Source of the DNA: Candidatus Cloacimonadales bacterium
GTDB lineage: Bacteria > Cloacimonadota > Cloacimonadia > Cloacimonadales > JAIOQZ01
Assembly: GCA_963662655.2 (NCBI GenBank)
Contig: CAXXTU010000002.1
Location: 448,001-512,000 of the forward strand
Length of the DNA stretch: 64,000 bases
Reading direction: 5' to 3'
The translations under genes were made by a program, and so were the position numbers. Under the pieces are notes generated by a model. That model searched no databases, was not told the origin of the DNA, and saw nothing but the letters and a program-made list of their open reading frames with translations. This document shows, one piece after another, positions 22,824 to 31,830 of this stretch (the first letter of the stretch is position 1; every line of letters begins with the position of its first letter).

Positions 22824-23657
22824 TTATTGTTCCTCGATGTGTTTGATTAGCAGGTTGAAGAATACCTCGAACCGATATTCGCTGTCGGAGCGTAGGTCCG
22901 AGATGGGAGTGATTTCCTTGGAGAGGATGTCTCGCAGTTCGGGTGGCGAAACTTCGCTGCGCTTTTTGCCGGCGAGATAATCCTCGGTTTTCGGCAAGCG
23001 CCGGGCATACTCGTTCAGGCTTCCTGCTGCGATGCGGATATCATCGATGCGATCGTTATACCGCTTGCTGAGGATCGCGATAGATGCCTTGGAGATGGTG
23101 AGGGCGTTACGTGCCGCCACCTTGCGATAGAAGAATTTTGTGTCATGCTGCGTCCCGGCATCGATGAGGATGCGGAAGATGATCTCGCCGTCCTCCAGGA
23201 CGTTTTTCTTGTAGCCGTAGTAAAAGTCCCGCATGTCCACGGTACGAATTCCGTTTTCGGAAAGGAGCTCCAGCTTTGCGTCGCAGATGAGCAGGAGCGG
23301 CATTATGTCGGCTGTCGGAGAGCCGTTGGCGATGTTCCCGCCGATGGTCGCGATGCTTTGCAGCAGGGGAGAAGCGAAGTCTTTCAACGATTGCTGCATC
23401 ATGGACAGGTGCTTTGCGATTAAGTCGGATTCGAGCAGCTCCATGAAGGTAACGGTCGCCCCGATGGAGATTGTGTCGTTTTCGAGCTTCAGTTCACGCA
23501 TCTCAGGAATGCGGTTGATGTAGATGATTTCCGCCGGCTGGATGATCTTCTTCTGGATCTGCACGTTGATGTCGGTTCCGCCTGCGAGGAAGAATGTACC
23601 GGGCTTGATCTCTGCCAGACATCGCTTGAGTTCTTCGAGATTGTTCGGAACGATCAT
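22824..23657 (-). CDS. Xanthine dehydrogenase family FAD-binding subunit
   Basis: LAGGTD, ATIGGNIANGSPTAD and PISDLRS..YR motifs. Confidence 0.9.
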   Translation of the reverse strand: MIVPNNLEELKRCLAEIKPGTFFLAGGTDINVQIQKKIIQPAEIIYINRIPEMRELKLENDTISIGATVTFMELLESDLIAKHLSMMQQSLKDFASPLLQSIATIGGNIANGSPTADIMPLLLICDAKLELLSENGIRTVDMRDFYYGYKKNVLEDGEIIFRILIDAGTQHDTKFFYRKVAARNALTISKASIAILSKRYNDRIDDIRIAAGSLNEYARRLPKTEDYLAGKKRSEVSPPELRDILSKEITPISDLRSDSEYRFEVFFNLLIKHIEEQ

Positions 23658-24124
23658 GCCTGCCTCCTCACGATTTCACATGCCATCTTCACGGCCTCGA
23701 AGATCTTCGTGTAGCCCGTGCAGCGGCAGATATTGCCGGAAAGTGCGCGCTTGATTCTCTCCAGATCAGGCTCGCCGCAGGTCGTGAGGTAGTAGTAGGA
23801 CGAGACGACGAACCCCGGGAAGCAGAACCCGCACTGAACGGCGTTGGTCTTGTCGTAGCAGTCGACCAGCAGGCGGCCGGTCTCGGTCTCGGAAACACCC
23901 TCGACCGTCACGATTTCCGCGCCCTGGATCTGGATGGCGTTGACCAGGCAACTGGTGACCGGCTTCCCGTTCATCAAGACGGTGCAAGCGCCGCACTCGC
24001 CTTCGCCGCAGCCTTCCTTGGTTCCCGTAAGGTCGAAGTCTTCGCGGACGATATCGAGCAAACGCCGCATGGGATCGCAGTCGATTTGAACCGGTTTCCG
24101 GTTGAGTATAAATTGGAATTGCAT
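23654..24124 (-). CDS. Xanthine dehydrogenase family [2Fe-2S] subunit
   Basis: GTKEGCGEGECGACTV, QCGFC and GNICRCTGY motifs. Confidence 0.93.
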   Translation of the reverse strand: MQFQFILNRKPVQIDCDPMRRLLDIVREDFDLTGTKEGCGEGECGACTVLMNGKPVTSCLVNAIQIQGAEIVTVEGVSETETGRLLVDCYDKTNAVQCGFCFPGFVVSSYYYLTTCGEPDLERIKRALSGNICRCTGYTKIFEAVKMACEIVRRQA

Positions 24125-24125
24125 A

Positions 24126-26273
24126 TCATTTCTCCCGTCCGGATTCGCGGAAGATACGTTCCGGAATCAACGGTATTTCGTTTATTGGGGTGCCTGTGGC
24201 GAATAGGAATGCGTTCCGAACGGCTGCAGCGGGGTAATCCATGGGGATTTCTCCCAGACCTTTCGCGAGATCGGAGTCAATGTGGATGAACTCGACGATG
24301 AATTCGGGTGCGTCGAGCGTGGTGGGTAACACGTAGTCGGTGAGTCCGTTCATGCGCCCGAAGCCTTCCTTTTCGAAGTACTCCGTCAGCGCATAGGCGA
24401 TGCCCTGCGTAACGCCCCCGATCACCTGCCCTACAGCAACCTCGTGGTTGATAACTTTCCCGATATCGAGAACGTTCCATATCCTGGTGGGGCGGACGGT
24501 GTATGTCTCGGGCTCGTACGCGATTTCCACGACGCACGCCGCCCATGAGTAATCCTTGTAGCCCATTCCCTTGTAGGTGTTCTCGTCGAACTGCACCGAT
24601 TCGTCAGGAACGAAATGGGAGCGGTATTCGCGAGGGAATTGTCCGGGATTCTGCCGGACAAATTCTTCAAGACTTCCCTCGCCGATTTCGTTATGGATAT
24701 CACGGGCCAGCTTACGCAGAAGATTGCCGACGATGTAGATTGTTCGGGAAGCGACGGTGGGCCCGCTGTTGGGAGCCTGGGATGTATCGGGGTGCATGTA
24801 GACGGTTTTTTCGAGCGGGTGCCCGAGTTCTTCGGCGAAGCATTGCGCGAGGGTCGTCTGCGCGCCTTGCCCCATCTCGGTATTGATGACGTAAATATGC
24901 GCCGTGGCGTCGGGCTCAATAACGAGCTTGATCTCGGATTTCAAGACCTTCTCGCCGTTTCCGGTATATCCGCCGCCGTGAAAAGCGACCGACAACCCGA
25001 TCCCCTTTTTGTCCTTGTGGGTGAGATTGTACAGGTCGAATTCCCGCGCTTTTGACTGATAGTTGGATATTGCAAGCGCTTTTTCCATCGCGTCGTACAT
25101 GTGATCTTCCTGAACGGTCTGCGTGGTGGGCAGCCTGTCGCCCTTCCGCAGAAGGTTTCTACGCCGGAATTCGAGCGCGTCCATGTTCAGTTTGCGAGCG
25201 ATGTCGTCGATATGCGATTCGATCGCGAAGATGGATTGCGGCGCCCCGAATCCACGGAAAGCTCCATTGGGTGGCGTGTTGCTGCGGATGAGTCTACCTC
25301 GAATGAACACGTCGTCGCAGCGATAGCAACCTCCGGCGTGCAGAACGCCCCGGGCGAGCACGACCGGCGAATCGGTTTGATAATAGCCGGCGTCCAGACG
25401 GAAATCTATGGAAAGCTTTTTGATGGATTGATCGTCGGGATCGATCCACGATTCGATTTCGGTTCGGGAAGGGTGCCGCTTGGTAGTGACCTGGATATCG
25501 TCTGCGCGCTCGAGGATGGTTTTGACCGGTCGCAGGCTTTTCCATGAAAGGAGGGCCGTTATGCCGGCGATCACGTTGGGGAAATCTTCCTTTCCGCCGA
25601 ACGCACCGCCGATTCCTTCGGCAACCCGCACGATCGCTTCTTCTATTTTGCTGCCCATGATGGCTTCAACAGCTTCTTTGACGAAGTACGGGCACTGCAT
25701 GGTTCCGCGAATGTGCATCACGCGAGTATCGTCGTCATAGCGAGCTATCATTCCCTGGGGCTCGAGATACGCCTGTTCCTGGTGGGGCGTGTAGTATATT
25801 TTCCGTGTGTGGATCCACTTCGGATCGATTTCCCGGTGTGGGCCGTGGTCAATGACGATTTCCTCACCGAAGGCATTAGCTGGATCATCCAGCGCATTTT
25901 TTGTCGCGATGATCGCGTCGTGCGGCTCCGTCTCAATGCGGATTCCCCGGATGAATTCACGTGCTGTTTCACGCGACTCATGCGCCACGCCGAGAATGGG
26001 CTGGCCCATGTGGTATATGTGCTGTTCGACGAGGAAAAGTTGGTCGTTCACCGGCTCGGGAACCTTGTTCTCGCCCGGGATATCCCCGGATAGCACGATT
26101 GTGAATTCGGAGAGGTCGTACTCGGTGGGGAAGGTGACCTTGATTATTTTACCCGCGTGAACCGGTGCGAAGAAGATCGCTCCATGAAGCAGGTTAATTT
26201 CTTTGTAGTCGTCGATATAACGGGTTTTTCCTGTAAGTTTTGCATGCGAATCGATGCGTGTCGGACTTTTCAT
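24126..26273 (-). CDS. Xanthine dehydrogenase family molybdopterin-binding subunit
   Basis: GGAFGGK, AFRGFGAPQ, EMGQG, TVASR, GQVIGG and KGLGE motifs. Confidence 0.93.
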   Translation of the reverse strand: MKSPTRIDSHAKLTGKTRYIDDYKEINLLHGAIFFAPVHAGKIIKVTFPTEYDLSEFTIVLSGDIPGENKVPEPVNDQLFLVEQHIYHMGQPILGVAHESRETAREFIRGIRIETEPHDAIIATKNALDDPANAFGEEIVIDHGPHREIDPKWIHTRKIYYTPHQEQAYLEPQGMIARYDDDTRVMHIRGTMQCPYFVKEAVEAIMGSKIEEAIVRVAEGIGGAFGGKEDFPNVIAGITALLSWKSLRPVKTILERADDIQVTTKRHPSRTEIESWIDPDDQSIKKLSIDFRLDAGYYQTDSPVVLARGVLHAGGCYRCDDVFIRGRLIRSNTPPNGAFRGFGAPQSIFAIESHIDDIARKLNMDALEFRRRNLLRKGDRLPTTQTVQEDHMYDAMEKALAISNYQSKAREFDLYNLTHKDKKGIGLSVAFHGGGYTGNGEKVLKSEIKLVIEPDATAHIYVINTEMGQGAQTTLAQCFAEELGHPLEKTVYMHPDTSQAPNSGPTVASRTIYIVGNLLRKLARDIHNEIGEGSLEEFVRQNPGQFPREYRSHFVPDESVQFDENTYKGMGYKDYSWAACVVEIAYEPETYTVRPTRIWNVLDIGKVINHEVAVGQVIGGVTQGIAYALTEYFEKEGFGRMNGLTDYVLPTTLDAPEFIVEFIHIDSDLAKGLGEIPMDYPAAAVRNAFLFATGTPINEIPLIPERIFRESGREK

Positions 26274-26384
26274 TGTTACCTCGAATATACTTCATCCGGA
26301 TCGAATGATCTATCCGGATTGATTGTCATCATGTTGATTAAACCTTATTATGTCCCGGAACGCTTCTCTGTCAAGCGGAACGAT

Positions 26385-27578
26385 TCACGACATCGATTCG
26401 AGGAGCGCTTCGAGAGTCGGCTTGACGGGCGCAGGCATGGCAACATTCGAAGCGAAAGCGGCTGGATCCTTGAGTCCGCTACCGGTATTGACGACAATAG
26501 GCGAATCGCCTACCGCTCCGCTTTCCATCACCTTGCGGAAACCAGCAAAAGCCGTTGCCGCGGCGGGTTCGCTGAAGATGCCGTAATCACGGGCGAGCAC
26601 AAGCATTGCCGCGCGTATCTCATCCTCTTCCACGAGAACCGGATTGCCATTATACTTGCGAATCATATGGCGAACCATGTAGAAGTTTGCTGGATAATCG
26701 ACGCTTATCGAATCGGCGAACGTATGCGCGCTATTCATCACGAAATCTTGGGTGTCGAGATTTCGCAGGATGTTAGCGCTCTCGACGGATTGCACGGCGT
26801 GGATTCTCGGTATTGCATCGATGAAGCCGAGGTTTCTCAAATCCTCGAAGCCTCGATAGATTCCGCCGACGATTACGCCGTCGCCTACCGGGACAAACAC
26901 ATCCGAAGGCGCCTTTTGCCCAAGCTGGGCTACAATCTCGAAGGCGCAGGTCTTCTTACCTTCGATGGTCAGCGGATTCCAGGCGGTATTCCGATTGAAC
27001 CATCCGAATTCTTCGCAGGCCGCGTTGCAGAGTTCGAAGGCTTTGTCGTAGTTACCTTCAACAGGGATGAGCCTTGCTCCATAGGAGATGATCTGAAGCA
27101 GCTTGTTTTTGGGCGCGGAAGCAGGGGCGAACACGACAGCATTCTGCCGGTTGGAAGCGCATATCCCCGCGAGTGAGCTGCCTGCGTTGCCTGTGGACGC
27201 TGCTGCAATTGTGTCGATGCTGTTTTCCGCCGCGTAGGCACACACAATGTCGGAGGCGCGGTCCTTGTAAGAGAAGGTCGGATTACGGGAGTCGTCCTTC
27301 ACAAAAAACGGAAGCGAGCGTCCTTTTTCGCTTACGTAGCGGAACTCGTAGAGCGGCGTTTTACCGACGCTCAGCGGAGAAAGGAAGCGCTCGGATTCTA
27401 TCGGTAGCAGTTGGATGAAGCTGGCATTAACAAGCTCATCGAAGTCGCAAGACGTATCCGACTGTGCATAAACAACCTTCAGGATGCCTTTCGGAGGTGC
27501 GTCGCTCGACGCGCAAGCCTGGCAGCGATAATGGAATGTGTTGTACTCTTTGCCACAATTGACGCATTGTAAGATCAT
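26385..27578 (-). CDS. Threonine synthase-like PLP enzyme
   Basis: N-terminal CxxC...CxxC; NPTFSYKDR, ASTGNAG, PVGDG, EPAAA and NTGSGLKD motifs. Confidence 0.85.
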   Translation of the reverse strand: MILQCVNCGKEYNTFHYRCQACASSDAPPKGILKVVYAQSDTSCDFDELVNASFIQLLPIESERFLSPLSVGKTPLYEFRYVSEKGRSLPFFVKDDSRNPTFSYKDRASDIVCAYAAENSIDTIAAASTGNAGSSLAGICASNRQNAVVFAPASAPKNKLLQIISYGARLIPVEGNYDKAFELCNAACEEFGWFNRNTAWNPLTIEGKKTCAFEIVAQLGQKAPSDVFVPVGDGVIVGGIYRGFEDLRNLGFIDAIPRIHAVQSVESANILRNLDTQDFVMNSAHTFADSISVDYPANFYMVRHMIRKYNGNPVLVEEDEIRAAMLVLARDYGIFSEPAAATAFAGFRKVMESGAVGDSPIVVNTGSGLKDPAAFASNVAMPAPVKPTLEALLESMS

Positions 27579-27731
27579 ATATTCTCCTTACGTTCATTGG
27601 GCTATTGCGCATGCTTCTGGCAAGGATTTTTTCCCTGCACGGAGAGATTTATCCTGAGATGGTTGCCCGTTGTGTCCCGTCCTAAAATAGTTGACCAGCT
27701 TTTTCGTGTTTGATTTCATTTCGATTGCTTC

Positions 27732-28613
27732 CTACGCTGCGTTCAATATCTCGTTCGGTGTGCGGTAGCCCTGCGTGATGATGAGCCGTTCTTCGTTGTA
27801 GATCCGAACTGCTTCCTCTACGTACTTCAGCGCGTCGTCGAAGTCCCTGAATCTCCGTTCCAGCCCCAACTCGTGCTTCAGAATCCCGTTGATGCGCTCC
27901 GCCTTGGCGTTGTCGTAGCACTTGCCCGGACCGGTCATGCTGGTGCGATAGCAGTAGCGTCGCAGCGCGTTCTGGAAGCAGGCGCTGGTGAATTGCGTAC
28001 CATGATCGGAGTGGTGGATGCAGCCTTTGATATCCACGGCTCCGGCATTGCGCAACGACCTCATCGCCCGTTTCAGAGAGAGCGCGGGACCATGCGTGCG
28101 CAGGTCGGGCTGCAGCGAATATCCCAGGATCGCGTCCGAGTACTGATCCGAGGTCAGCGAAAGGTAGGCGAATCCGCGTTGCAAGCGGATGTAGGTGATG
28201 TCGCTCGCGATGATCTGGCCGACGCGGCGAGCGATGATGTCCTTCACCAGGTTCGGGTGTCGACTGCGGCTGCCCAGGCTCGTGCGGAGGTATGAGCGGT
28301 ACGCCGTCGACAGCAGCCCGTAGTCGCGCAGGATGCCGAACAGCCGGTCGCGACCAACCTCGAGCCCGCGCGCCTTCAGCATGTATTGCAGCTTCCGCGC
28401 CCCGACGCGTGGCTGTTTCACGCGAATCTCGCGCACGGCGGATACGATCTCCTCCACCTCCGCCTGGAGCCGATGGAGCCGCTTCCTGTGCTGGTAGTAG
28501 CTCTGCTTGCTGCGACCGAACAAGCCGCAAATCACCTGCATGTTCGCGGCTACTTCTCTTTCTTTCGCGACAGCTCGACATTCGGTGACAACAGCGAACC
28601 AGTCTTTTTTTTT
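27732..28613 (-). CDS. IS3 OrfB DDE transposase, reached by -1 frameshift
   Basis: SDITYI, HHSDHGTQF and DNAKAERINGILKHE catalytic motifs. Confidence 0.9.
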   Translation of the reverse strand, partial: KKKDWFAVVTECRAVAKEREVAANMQVICGLFGRSKQSYYQHRKRLHRLQAEVEEIVSAVREIRVKQPRVGARKLQYMLKARGLEVGRDRLFGILRDYGLLSTAYRSYLRTSLGSRSRHPNLVKDIIARRVGQIIASDITYIRLQRGFAYLSLTSDQYSDAILGYSLQPDLRTHGPALSLKRAMRSLRNAGAVDIKGCIHHSDHGTQFTSACFQNALRRYCYRTSMTGPGKCYDNAKAERINGILKHELGLERRFRDFDDALKYVEEAVRIYNEERLIITQGYRTPNEILNAA

Positions 28614-28957
28614 GCGCTGTTGCCGTACTTGCGCTCGGTCACGTTCACGATCGCCTGCAACGCGCAGTTCTCCAGCACTTTCTCGCTCAACGCAGCCTGC
28701 AAATCCTGCACCTTCTTCTCCAGCTCCGCGATTGTCTTGTCCTTGTAATCTTCTTTCGCCATGCGACCTCGCTTTTGAGCTCCCTTGCGTCGCGCCGGCT
28801 TCACGGCGTCCTCTTTGATCCAGCGATACAGCGTGCGAACGGATATGTCGTACTGCTCCGCGAGCTCCGCCACGCAGTAGTCGCTCGTCAGCACGTGATG
28901 CAGAACACGCGCCTTCACCTCGCAACGCTTCGCCCGTCGTTTCACATTTTCTCCCAT
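28550..28957 (-). CDS. IS3 OrfA (HTH plus coiled coil)
   Basis: VAELAEQYDISVRTLYRW HTH; RBS GGAGG. Confidence 0.85.
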   Translation of the reverse strand: MGENVKRRAKRCEVKARVLHHVLTSDYCVAELAEQYDISVRTLYRWIKEDAVKPARRKGAQKRGRMAKEDYKDKTIAELEKKVQDLQAALSEKVLENCALQAIVNVTERKYGNSAKKKTGSLLSPNVELSRKKEK

Positions 28958-29005
28958 ACCTGAGCCTCCTTCGACCCAACGGTCAACCTATTTCAGGACG
29001 GGACA

Positions 29006-29823
29006 GAGGAGTGCAGCACGTTGGCGAGTGCCTGCAGCGCGTCCTCATCCTGCGCGAAGGCGTCGATGATATTGCCGAGTGTAAGCTGTGTCTCGATGGT
29101 CTCGATGCGCTCCTCGAGCGGCGAAGTCGTGGTCGCGTAGGTGTGGTCGACCTTCTTGATCTTCGAACTGAGTCCGCTGTAAAGGGTCACGGAGAGGTTG
29201 ATCACGTCGCCGTTCTCGACACCGCTGAGTTCACTTCCATCGATAAACACGAACGTGCTCAGAACCGTCTCGTGATGCACCTCTGAGCCGTCTTTCTCGA
29301 TGAGGATTTCGGCCTGCGAGAAATGCACCGTGGGCGAGGTGTGGAACAGGATGCGGATGCCGCCGCTGCGGTTGACGACATCGACACTCAGCGTTACAGA
29401 ACCGAGGTCGGGCAGCAGCAGATCGAGCGTGTTCTCGACCGTGTCCAGAGCGGTCTGCAAGGCGTATTCCGAGTGCTCGTGGGTGGCGTCCGCCTTGCAG
29501 GTTTGCAGCGCAAGAATGTCGTCATTGATGTCGTCGATGTGGTGGCCGATATCGTTGTTGTCGGGCAGGATGATGTCCTCGGCCTGATGCGAGTGGTGCA
29601 GGCTCGCCTTGGCCGATAAAGCAGACTGTACGTCCGAGCCGTCCGAGGTGCGGATCTGCTCGGCGTTGTGCTTGTTGGTGCCTGTGCCGGTATGCCCGTC
29701 GATGCTGGTCTGGTGCGAGTAGAGCAGGGCGTCGATGGTGTCGAGGTTGCCGTTGAGCGCGGCGGCCCATCCGGATTCGCCTGCAACCGGCTTGTAGAGG
29801 CTGAAATTGGTGGTTTCGGGCAT
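29006..29823 (-). pseudogene. Phage tail/fiber-associated protein truncated by IS3
   Basis: MPETTNFSLYKP..LNGNLDTIDA and KA..HxH repeats typical of fiber proteins; the ORF runs into the IS IR and stops at 28993. Confidence 0.65.
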
Positions 29824-29831
29824 GCGTCCTC

Positions 29832-30281
29832 CTAAAATCCGTAGCAGTCGCCCCAGCCGTTTCCGTAGCCGAACACGCTGTCGAAGTCGATGGGCGACAA
29901 CTGCTTGTAGATGCTGGTGAGGGTGAATTTGATGCGGCTTCTGTGCGACCGGGCGTCGTCCTCGAGCTTGGGCAGTTTGTCGATCATGACCGGGAACTGC
30001 AGCGTACCGGAACCGGCGTCGAACTCGATGTAGAGCTGGTCTGCTCCGCTCAGGATGGCGTACAACTCGTCGTACTGGGTCGCAGGCAGATACGCCTCGC
30101 ATTCGATGCTGTCCTCGTTGTATGGCTCTCGCCTGATGAGGATCGTCGGATCGAAGGCGCACTGCTTTTCGACGCGATACTTACGCTGCGGCTGGTAGTC
30201 GATGACGCCGCTCTCGACGACGAAGCCAGAGTACACGCCACCCGCTATGGAGATGATGCGAAAGCCGTCGTAGAGCAGCAT
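29832..30281 (-). CDS. Phage hypothetical tail-region protein
   Basis: RBS GGAGG before the ATG at 30281; 149 aa. Confidence 0.7.
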   Translation of the reverse strand: MLLYDGFRIISIAGGVYSGFVVESGVIDYQPQRKYRVEKQCAFDPTILIRREPYNEDSIECEAYLPATQYDELYAILSGADQLYIEFDAGSGTLQFPVMIDKLPKLEDDARSHRSRIKFTLTSIYKQLSPIDFDSVFGYGNGWGDCYGF

Positions 30282-30300
30282 CAGACCTCCCTTCGGTCGC

Positions 30301-30392
30301 GAATGCTGAATGAGGAATGAGAAATTATGAATGAAGAGACCGGTCGGCGACATCTCCGGGCATTCATCATTCCTAATTTATAATTCATCATT
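30301..30392. repeat. Inverted heptamer-repeat element 1
   Basis: GAATGCT GAATGAG GAATGAG AAATTAT GAATGAA - spacer - TTCATCA TTCCTAA TTTATAA TTCATCA. Confidence 0.8.
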
Positions 30393-31830
30393 GAACTTCC
30401 CACGCCTTGAGCACGTACTCGTCCGCCTTGGGGTCGCGCTGCATCTCGGTGATGCGATACTGGACGCCCTCGATGAGTAGCTTGTCGAACAGCGCAAGGT
30501 CGTATTTCGCGAGGTTGTCGATAGTTGTTTCGAGGCTCCACGTCTGGCAGAAGAGCGTTTCGTAGTAGTCCGCGATGAGCTGCTTCAGGTTGGTCGTGTC
30601 GCCGACAAGGCAGTCCAGAACGGACGTGTCTGGACGGGAGCGATTGAGCCGCTTCCGCTTGAATTCAACCACATCTGCCGAATCGATGGTGGTGACCGTG
30701 TTTGAGGCATCGTCCTTGTTGACCAGCCGTAGCGTGCCGCCGGGCAACGAAACGATGGTAAGGTTGTGCAGGAGCAGCGCGGCTTTCAGGGCCTTCAACT
30801 TCTCCAGCGGCTCGTTCTCGCCCTCATAGAAGCCCTTCGGATAGAGGTTCGCCGGAATCGCGTTGCCCGTGTAGGCGACGCACTTGTATTCCGGCGCCGT
30901 CGCGTCGTCGAGGTCGGCGTCTTCTATTCCTATACTATAGATACTGCTATTGTGGTGAAACGTCCGCGCGGAAGCCCACGGTTCGAACGGGACGTACTCC
31001 GCGCACAGATCGTCGCGCCACGCGAGCATCTCGGAGTACTGCGTCGTGCTGAAGATTTCCGACTTCTCGTCGATCTCGGCGTCGCCGTCCTCGATCCAGC
31101 AGATCGCGTTGTAGAAGCGAAACTTGCGAGCATAGACCTTGCATTGGATGTTGCCCTCGTTGACGTGCTCGCAGTAGAAAAGCAGGCGGAACTCGGGGAC
31201 ATAGTCGCCGCTGAACATGGGCGCGTAGCGGAAGCCACAATAGCAGGTCAGTGAGCCGTTCCACGAGCGGAACTTTCGCACCATGCGCAGCCAGTCGAGT
31301 CGCAGGATTTGCAGGTCTTCCACAGCGATCTGGAGCGGCGTGTAACCGTACCATGAGCAGGGGATGGTGATTTCATTGCTCAGCGCGGACTCGATGCCCT
31401 GCGCCAGATAGCGGAAGCAGTAGTCGGCGGAGTAGCCGCTGTGGAGGGCATAGAGCATGGTCTGGTCGTCGAACTTGGCGAACAGCCGCAGGTAGTCGTA
31501 GCAGGTGAACGAGACGACGTCGGTCTTGGCGTTGTGACTGACGAACGAGGTGTCGACGATTCCGTGAAAGACCAGCGAGGAGCCCTCGTAGAGCCGCACG
31601 AGGAAGTGCGAGATGTAGCGGTCGTACTCGTGTTCGCCGGACAGGATGTTCGCATCGATCCAGTCGTCGCGGAAGCACTCGAACTCGACCCGGCGCGGTT
31701 CTTTGGCGAAGTAGCTCGTACCGGCGATCTTGTCGGCGTTGAGCCGGATGTTGTCCAGTCCGTCAGCAAGGCTGAGCGTGTGCTGCACCGAGTAAGTGAA
31801 GCGGTCGACGAAATCCACGCGCCACATCAC
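30388..31830 (-). CDS. Phage tail-associated protein downstream of the tape measure gene
   Basis: 480 aa ORF translationally coupled to the TMP; assignment by position. Confidence 0.7.
   Translation of the reverse strand: MMWRVDFVDRFTYSVQHTLSLADGLDNIRLNADKIAGTSYFAKEPRRVEFECFRDDWIDANILSGEHEYDRYISHFLVRLYEGSSLVFHGIVDTSFVSHNAKTDVVSFTCYDYLRLFAKFDDQTMLYALHSGYSADYCFRYLAQGIESALSNEITIPCSWYGYTPLQIAVEDLQILRLDWLRMVRKFRSWNGSLTCYCGFRYAPMFSGDYVPEFRLLFYCEHVNEGNIQCKVYARKFRFYNAICWIEDGDAEIDEKSEIFSTTQYSEMLAWRDDLCAEYVPFEPWASARTFHHNSSIYSIGIEDADLDDATAPEYKCVAYTGNAIPANLYPKGFYEGENEPLEKLKALKAALLLHNLTIVSLPGGTLRLVNKDDASNTVTTIDSADVVEFKRKRLNRSRPDTSVLDCLVGDTTNLKQLIADYYETLFCQTWSLETTIDNLAKYDLALFDKLLIEGVQYRITEMQRDPKADEYVLKAWEVQ

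Larger units (their letters stand above)
27673..29005 (-). mobile_element. IS3-family insertion sequence, 1333 bp
   Basis: TG...CA ends; imperfect IRs TGTCCCGTCCTAAAATAGTTGACC and GGTCAACCTATTTCAGGACGGGACA; orfA/orfB with an A9G slippery run. Confidence 0.92.

Noticed and set aside
26157..27176. 339-aa plus-strand ORF
   Set aside because: Antisense to the threonine-synthase-like gene, with no motifs.
28993..30162. 389-aa ORF as one gene
   Set aside because: Its 5' part overlaps the 29832-30281 gene; the RBS-supported start is 29823. Similar over-extended starts were trimmed for 41858, 54589, 59502 and 63031.
29006..31830. Diversity-generating retroelement acting on tail genes
   Set aside because: No reverse transcriptase and no TR/VR repeat pair are visible in the window.
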